Positions 58,316 to 64,000 of a DNA stretch of 64,000 bases are shown in pieces. This DNA comes from Desulfosoma sp. (lineage in GTDB: Bacteria; Desulfobacterota; Syntrophobacteria; Syntrophobacterales; DSM-9756): contig JBBFKW010000006.1 in assembly GCA_037481835.1 (NCBI GenBank), positions 1-64,000 on the forward strand, read 5' to 3'. The notes under the pieces were generated by a model. It searched no databases. It was not told the origin of the DNA and worked only from the letters and a program-made list of their open reading frames with translations. The position numbers and the translations under genes are program-made. The first letter of the stretch is position 1. Every line of letters begins with the position of its first letter.

Positions 58316-60655
58316 ATGCAACGCATGACGACGCACGACGCCTTTTGGATTTCCGGGCGCGAAAACGGGCGGCGCTTGGAATCGCGGATCTTGGAGGAAC
58401 GCATCCAACACGCCTTGGCGCAAGGACACCGCCGGCTGGAAGTGGAAGCCTTCGGGCAGCACGGCATCGGGGGCCGACTGTGGCGCTCCGACGGAGAACC
58501 CGTCACCGTCACGGTGCACGGCACGGCAGGGCAGCGCCTGGGCTCCATGGGCTTTCCCAACACGGTGATCGAAGCCCTGGGGCCGGCTTCCGATGATGTG
58601 GGCTGGCTGAACGCCGGAGCGGAAATCATCGTCCACGGCCATGCCGCCAACGGCGTGGCCAATGCCATGGCCCAAGGCAAAATTTTCATCGCCGGGAGCA
58701 TCGGCGCCCGCGGGATGACCATGACCAAGCACAACCCCCGATTCGACCCGCCGGAACTGTGGGTGCTGGGGTCCGTGGGGGACTATTTCGCCGAATTCAT
58801 GGCCGGGGGAATCGCCGTCGTGTGCGGCCACGAACCGCTCAATCCCGGCAATGTCCTGGGGTATCGCCCGTGCGTGGGCATGGTAGGCGGCAAGATCTTC
58901 TTTCGAGGCCCCCACGGGGGATACAGCCACGCCGACGCCAAGCTCGTGCCGCTGAGCGATGACGACTGGCACTGGCTGGTGAAAAACCTCCAAAATTTCT
59001 TGGAAAAGATCAAAAAGACGGACCTCTTTCCCCTGTTTGCCCAGCGCAGCCAGTGGCAGCTTCTGGAGGCCCGGAAACCCCACGAAAAGGGGGCCGTGCC
59101 GAGAAAATCCATGAGCGCCTTTCACCGGGAGGTATGGGACCGGGAGCTGGGTCCCGGCGGCCTCATCGGGGACCTCACGGACCTGGATCGAAGCCCCATT
59201 CCGGTGATCGTCTCCGGGATCCTTCGCCGTTACGTGCCCGTTTGGGAAAACAAGAAATACGCCGCCCCGTGTGAGGCTTCATGCCCGACGGGGATCCCGG
59301 TCCACGAGCGATGGCGGCTCATTCGGGAGGGGCGGGTGGACGAAGCCGTGGACATGGCCTTGGCCTACACGCCCTTTCCGGCCACGGTGTGCGGTTACCT
59401 GTGCCCCAACCTGTGCATGGAATCCTGCACGCGGCAGGGCCTGCGCATGGCGCCCGTGGATGTGACGCAGCTGGGCAAGGCCAGCCTCAAGGCCAAGCTC
59501 CCCGAACTCCCGCCGCTCAGCGGCAAGAAGATCGCCGTGATCGGCGGCGGGCCCGCGGGCCTTTCCGTGGCGTGGCAGCTGCGCCAAAAAGGCCATGAAG
59601 CCGTGGTTTACGACAGAAGCCGACAATTGGGCGGTAAGATCACGGACGCCGTGCCCAAAACCCGCATTCCCGACGACGTCCTCAACGCCGAACTGGACCG
59701 CATCCGCCAGGCCCTGCCCCACGTGCACCTCCAGCAGGAACTCACCCGGGACGACCTGGAGCGGCTCAAGGCGGACTTCGACATGATTGTCGTGGCCGTC
59801 GGCGCGCAAAAGCCGCGCTCGTTGCCCGTGCCCGGGGCGGAACGGCTCATCCCCGCCCTGGAATTTCTTCAAAAGGCCAAACGAGACGCCGTGACCGTGG
59901 GCCGCACCGTGGTCGTCATCGGCGCCGGCAACGTGGGCTGCGACGCCGCCACGGAAGCGTATCGGCTGGGCGCCGAAAAGGTCACCCTCATCGACATCCA
60001 GGAACCCGCTTCCTTCGGAAAGGAACGGCAGGCGGCGCAGGCGGCGGGCGCCCAATTTCGATGGCCCTGTTTCACCAAAGCCGTTACGGCCCAAGGGGTG
60101 GAACTCACCACCGGGGAAATCCTTCCGGCCGATACGGTCATTATCGCCATCGGGGATCAGCCGGATCTGTCCTTTCTGCCCGACACGGTGCAGACGGAAC
60201 GAGGATTTATCAAGGTCGACGAATACTTCCAGACGACCGATCCGAAGATTTTCGCCATCGGCGATGTGGTCCGCTTGGGCCTCCTGACCGACGCCATCGG
60301 TGCGGGACGTAAAGCGGCTCAGGCCATCGACGATATCCTTTCCGGACGGCGGCCGAGGCAGCAGATCCGTCCCATGATCGACCCACGGCGTGTGAAGCTG
60401 GAATACTTCGATCCGAGGCGGCTTCGCTTCGATGGGGTGGAGCAATGTGCGGGGGAATGCGCGTCGTGCGGTTCCTGCCGGTACTGCGGCATTTGTGCGG
60501 CCATATGCCCTCAGGCGGCCATACGGCGCGAAGGCGGCTCCAACGGCGACTTCCAAATGGTCGTGGACCCCGACCGGTGCATCGGGTGCGGGTTCTGTGC
60601 CGGGGCGTGCCCCTGCGGCATCTGGAACCTTGTGGAAAACGACCCCCTGGAATGA
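58316..60655 (+). CDS. Fused GXGXG domain + GltD-like FAD/NAD(P)H oxidoreductase + ferredoxin
   Basis: GSVGDYFAEFMAGG, PCEASCP, GGGPAG and GAGNVG motifs; two C-terminal ferredoxin motifs. Confidence 0.88.
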   Translation: MQRMTTHDAFWISGRENGRRLESRILEERIQHALAQGHRRLEVEAFGQHGIGGRLWRSDGEPVTVTVHGTAGQRLGSMGFPNTVIEALGPASDDVGWLNAGAEIIVHGHAANGVANAMAQGKIFIAGSIGARGMTMTKHNPRFDPPELWVLGSVGDYFAEFMAGGIAVVCGHEPLNPGNVLGYRPCVGMVGGKIFFRGPHGGYSHADAKLVPLSDDDWHWLVKNLQNFLEKIKKTDLFPLFAQRSQWQLLEARKPHEKGAVPRKSMSAFHREVWDRELGPGGLIGDLTDLDRSPIPVIVSGILRRYVPVWENKKYAAPCEASCPTGIPVHERWRLIREGRVDEAVDMALAYTPFPATVCGYLCPNLCMESCTRQGLRMAPVDVTQLGKASLKAKLPELPPLSGKKIAVIGGGPAGLSVAWQLRQKGHEAVVYDRSRQLGGKITDAVPKTRIPDDVLNAELDRIRQALPHVHLQQELTRDDLERLKADFDMIVVAVGAQKPRSLPVPGAERLIPALEFLQKAKRDAVTVGRTVVVIGAGNVGCDAATEAYRLGAEKVTLIDIQEPASFGKERQAAQAAGAQFRWPCFTKAVTAQGVELTTGEILPADTVIIAIGDQPDLSFLPDTVQTERGFIKVDEYFQTTDPKIFAIGDVVRLGLLTDAIGAGRKAAQAIDDILSGRRPRQQIRPMIDPRRVKLEYFDPRRLRFDGVEQCAGECASCGSCRYCGICAAICPQAAIRREGGSNGDFQMVVDPDRCIGCGFCAGACPCGIWNLVENDPLE

Positions 60656-60691
60656 GACTTCAGGCCGACAAGACGGCCTCCGTGGGCCATG

Positions 60692-61504
60692 TCACCATTT
60701 GACGAGATGCACGGCGGGAAGACTCCGGCCCAGGAACCTCTCCCCGATGGTCTGAAATCTCAAGGGCACATCGGTCACGTAGAAAGTGTATTGGGGCGGC
60801 GCGGAGGCGTCCGCGCTCAACCCCGAAGCCTCCAGGACCTCGGCCGTCTGGTCGGCCATGGCCTCGGCCGAATCCACCAGCTGCACGCCGGGCCCGACGA
60901 CCTCCTGGAGCAAGGGCTTCAACAGAGGGTAATGCGTGCAGCCCAAGACCATGGTGTCGATGGGGTGGCAGAGGACGGGTTTGAAGTATTCCTGGGCGGT
61001 GAGCCGCGTCACCGGATGGTCCAGCCACCCTTCCTCCACGAGGGGGACGAAGAGGGGGCACGCCTGGGAAAAGATCCGCACGGACGGATCGTAGCGGTGG
61101 ATGGCCCGGGCATAGGCGTTGCTATTGATGGTGGCCGGCGTGCCGATGACCCCCACATACCGGGCTCGCGTCACACTCACGGCACTGCGGGCTCCCGCGT
61201 CGATGACGTCCAAAACGGGCACGGGGGACATGCTCTCCACGACATGGCGGGCGACGGCGGCCATGGTGTTGCAGGCGATGATGAGGAGCTTGACGCCCTG
61301 CTTGAGGAGAAATCCGGTGATTTCCGCGGCGAAGGCGCAAATGGTTTCCACTGACTTGACCCCGTAGGGCACCCGTGCCGTGTCGCCGAAATAGATGATG
61401 TTTTCGAAGGGCAGCCGCTCCATGAGGGCCCGAACGACGGTGAGTCCCCCCACGCCCGAATCGAAAACGCCGATGGGCAAATGCTGTGCCGGCTGTGACG
61501 CCAC
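60692..61504 (-). CDS. murI: Glutamate racemase
   Basis: FDSGVGGLTV, DTARVPYG, ACNT and LGCTHYP motifs; GTG start with GGAGG RBS. Confidence 0.96.
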   Translation of the reverse strand: MASQPAQHLPIGVFDSGVGGLTVVRALMERLPFENIIYFGDTARVPYGVKSVETICAFAAEITGFLLKQGVKLLIIACNTMAAVARHVVESMSPVPVLDVIDAGARSAVSVTRARYVGVIGTPATINSNAYARAIHRYDPSVRIFSQACPLFVPLVEEGWLDHPVTRLTAQEYFKPVLCHPIDTMVLGCTHYPLLKPLLQEVVGPGVQLVDSAEAMADQTAEVLEASGLSADASAPPQYTFYVTDVPLRFQTIGERFLGRSLPAVHLVKW

Positions 61505-61616
61505 GATCGTTCTTTCCTCCTGAGAGACGATGACGGGACGTTGCGCTCGTCCCGCCATCGCCGTCCCGTAACCTGTCGCCGTTCGACAAGAAAGCCGCGA
61601 AGCTTGCCCTTTCGGG

Positions 61617-63107
61617 CTAACGTCGGCGGAATCCCCCCAAAATGCCGCCGAGCACGCCGCGGACGATGGCCCGGCCGATCTGGCTCCCCACGGTCCGCGC
61701 GGCCTGCTTGGCCACCGTTTCCACCAAGCCTTGCCGGCGCTTCGTCCCGAACAAGACGTCGCTCAAGCCCCCGCGGTCTTCTGCGCCCTTGCCCGCCCTC
61801 GGCGGCTCTCCCTTTGACTCGATGCTTTCCCTGCGAAGCGCTCGGGCCTTCAAAATCTCATAGGCCGACTCCCGATTCACCGGCGTGTCGTATCGGCGCC
61901 CCACGGGGCTGCGTTCCATGACGGCCGCCCGCTCCGCCGCCGTGATGGCTCCGATGCGGCACCGCGGCGGGCAGATGAGGGTCCGTTCCACCGGCATGGG
62001 AATGCCTTTTTCCTGGAGCGTGGAAACCAAAGCCTCGCCCACGCCCAGTTGGAGAAGGACCTTGGCCGTATCGAGGCGGGGGTTGGGCACGAAGGTTTCC
62101 GCTGCCGTTTTCACGGCCTTCTGATCCCGGGGCGTGTAAGCCCTCAGGGCGTGCTGGATGCGGTTGCCCAATTGGCCCAAGATGTCGTTGGGCACATCGT
62201 CTGGAAACTGGGAACAGAAATAGACGCCGACCCCTTTGGACCGGATGAGCCGCACCACCTGTTCCACCCGTTGCCTCAGGGCCGGCGGGGCGTCGTCAAA
62301 GAGCAGATGGGCCTCATCGAAAAAGAAGACCAGTTTGGGTTTGTCCAAATCGCCCACCTCGGGCAGGTTTTCGTAGAGTTCGGAAAGCAGCCACAGGAGC
62401 AGATGGGCATAGAGCCGGGGTTTGAGGATGAGTCGGTCCGCCGCCAGGATGTGAATGACACCCCGGCCCGTGAGGTCCGTGCGGAACAGGTCGGCCAGTT
62501 CCAGAGCCGGTTCCCCGAACAGGGCGCTCCCCCCCTCTCGTTCCAGGGACAATAGGGCGCGCTGCACCGCGGCGATGGATTGCGTATTCACGAGACCGTA
62601 AGCGGAAGAAATGTCCGTGCGCCGTTCGGAGACGAACTGCAGCAAGGCCCGAAGGTCGTCCAGGTCGAGGAGCAGCAGCCCTTCGTCATCGGCGAGCTGG
62701 AAGGTGATATCCAGAACCCCGGCTTGGACGTCGTTCAGTTCCAGCATGCGGGCCAGAAGGCTGGGGCCGATTTCGCTCACGGTCGTGCGCACGGGATGCC
62801 CGGCCACACCGAAGACGTCCCAGAAGACGACCGGGTTTCCTTCGTTCGTGTAGCCCTCGAGCCCGACTTCGGCCACCCGCCGCCGGATCCTTTCATCGGC
62901 GACCCCGGGCAGGGCGAGCCCCGCCACATCCCCTTTCACGTCGGCGAGAAAGACGGGAACGCCCAACCGAGAAAAACCTTCCGCCAAAACGAGCAAGGAG
63001 ACCGTCTTGCCGGTGCCCGTCGCCCCCGCCACCAGTCCGTGCCGATTGCCGTAACGGGAAAGCAGGTAAACCGGCTTTTCGCCTTTTCCAATCAGAAAGC
63101 GGTCCAT
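61617..63107 (-). CDS. DUF853 / YjgR-family HerA-like P-loop ATPase
   Basis: NRHGLVAGATGTGKT, FFDEAH, IRSKGVG and QHALRA motifs. Confidence 0.9.
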   Translation of the reverse strand: MDRFLIGKGEKPVYLLSRYGNRHGLVAGATGTGKTVSLLVLAEGFSRLGVPVFLADVKGDVAGLALPGVADERIRRRVAEVGLEGYTNEGNPVVFWDVFGVAGHPVRTTVSEIGPSLLARMLELNDVQAGVLDITFQLADDEGLLLLDLDDLRALLQFVSERRTDISSAYGLVNTQSIAAVQRALLSLEREGGSALFGEPALELADLFRTDLTGRGVIHILAADRLILKPRLYAHLLLWLLSELYENLPEVGDLDKPKLVFFFDEAHLLFDDAPPALRQRVEQVVRLIRSKGVGVYFCSQFPDDVPNDILGQLGNRIQHALRAYTPRDQKAVKTAAETFVPNPRLDTAKVLLQLGVGEALVSTLQEKGIPMPVERTLICPPRCRIGAITAAERAAVMERSPVGRRYDTPVNRESAYEILKARALRRESIESKGEPPRAGKGAEDRGGLSDVLFGTKRRQGLVETVAKQAARTVGSQIGRAIVRGVLGGILGGFRRR

Positions 63108-63311
63108 CGTTTCTCCCCTTGCGCCGAAAGCCCCAGGCCGGCCCCGGTGTTCCTCGTCGTCGCCATTTGAGCGAACGCAGTTCCTCCGGGAAAGATCCCG
63201 GCGATTGTGCACCCGCCCTTCAGGAATTCCGTCTTCAGGACAATGGCACGAAACTCATCTCAAGCTCAAGTTCGTATGACACGGGATCGAGACAAACACG
63301 GATCCGAACCC

Positions 63312-63342
63312 GTAGGTTGGGGTGAGCGCAGCGAACCCCAAC
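63312..63342 (+). repeat. Single REP copy
   Basis: GTAGGTTGGGGTGAGCGCAGCGAACCCCAAC. Confidence 0.85.
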
Positions 63343-63473
63343 ACGAATTGCCGGATTTGCGAAAAGTTACAGACTCCCTCCGGCAGGGTTTATGGCATTG
63401 TCGGGCAGGCTCCCGGGGGACCGCAAGACGCCACAAAGCTCCAAAGGGCAAAAAGGGTCTTTGCCCGCCCGGG

Positions 63474-64000
63474 TCAGAGAGCATTTCGAAGGACGCCCAG
63501 GAGTTGCGGCTCGGCCACGCGGCGCGGATTCGTGAAAATGGCGGGATCCTCCATGGCCTGCCGGGCGATGGTCGGAAGGTCTTCTTCTTTCACGCCGATG
63601 GCACCGAGTCGCTCCGGTATCCCGAGACCGCGGGCAAAGGCCCTCATGGCCTCCACGGCCTTTTCCGCGGCGATCCGTGTCGGTTTGCCGGCCACGTCTT
63701 CGCCCATGGCCCTGGCGATCTCGGCAAGACGATCCGCGCATTCTTCCAGATTGTCCTCCTGGATCCACGGGAGCAGCACGGCGTTGCACAACCCGTGGGG
63801 CAGATTGTAAAGGCCCCCGAGCTGATGGGCCACGGCGTGGACCGCGCCGACCCCGGCGCTGTTACAGGCGAGCCCGGCAAGATATTGGGCATAGGCCATG
63901 GCCGCACGGGCTTCCACATCATATCCGTGGGAAAACGCCTTCGGGAGATGCTCTGTGATAAGGGCGACGGCCGTCAGGGCGCAGGTCTTTGACAGGGGAG
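63474..64000 (-). CDS. Iron-containing alcohol dehydrogenase, C-terminal part (5' end outside the window)
   Basis: GVGAVHAVAHQLGG, PHGLCNAVLLP and NPR motifs. Confidence 0.88.
   Translation of the reverse strand, partial: PLSKTCALTAVALITEHLPKAFSHGYDVEARAAMAYAQYLAGLACNSAGVGAVHAVAHQLGGLYNLPHGLCNAVLLPWIQEDNLEECADRLAEIARAMGEDVAGKPTRIAAEKAVEAMRAFARGLGIPERLGAIGVKEEDLPTIARQAMEDPAIFTNPRRVAEPQLLGVLRNAL

Noticed and set aside
52576..58734. Long minus-strand ORFs (644 aa and 711 aa)
   Set aside because: Shadows of glnE and the glutamate synthase genes.
12873..63342. Recurrent ~31-nt palindrome considered as a CRISPR repeat
   Set aside because: Copies are dispersed or inverted, not a direct-repeat/spacer array, and there are no cas genes; interpreted as REP.

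Overview
A high-GC, gene-dense 64 kb bacterial chromosome segment. The gene content (qrcABCD, rubrerythrin, flavodiiron protein, cytochrome bd, split glutamate synthase) suggests an anaerobic Desulfobacterota sulfate reducer, possibly Syntrophobacteraceae-like; this is inference. The first ~13.9 kb lies between a probable IS1634 right end and the 3' end of tRNA-Arg(CCG). It carries a co-directional catabolic cluster: racemase-family protein, Liv-type ABC transporter, AmaA-like FAD oxidoreductase, ALDH7/AmaB-like dehydrogenase, 2-oxoacid:ferredoxin oxidoreductase, ornithine-cyclodeaminase-family protein and a GntR regulator. I read it as a candidate O2-independent lysine/pipecolate-to-glutaryl-CoA pathway, and it is the best candidate for an undescribed system. 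The rest is mostly core genome: DUF1848/DUF72, a PAS hybrid kinase, EmrAB-like efflux, glyQS, an RsmG-TrmH fusion, RluA, pepN, perR-rbr-fprA-cydAB, qrcABCD, nadB, a large Alu-type SRP RNA, glnE, a truncated MNT-HEPN pair, a three-gene glutamate synthase preceded by an ANTAR-type dual-hairpin attenuator, murI and a DUF853 ATPase. Six GTAG-family REP copies are present. I saw no CRISPR array or prophage. All calls come from motifs recognised by eye; no searches were run.
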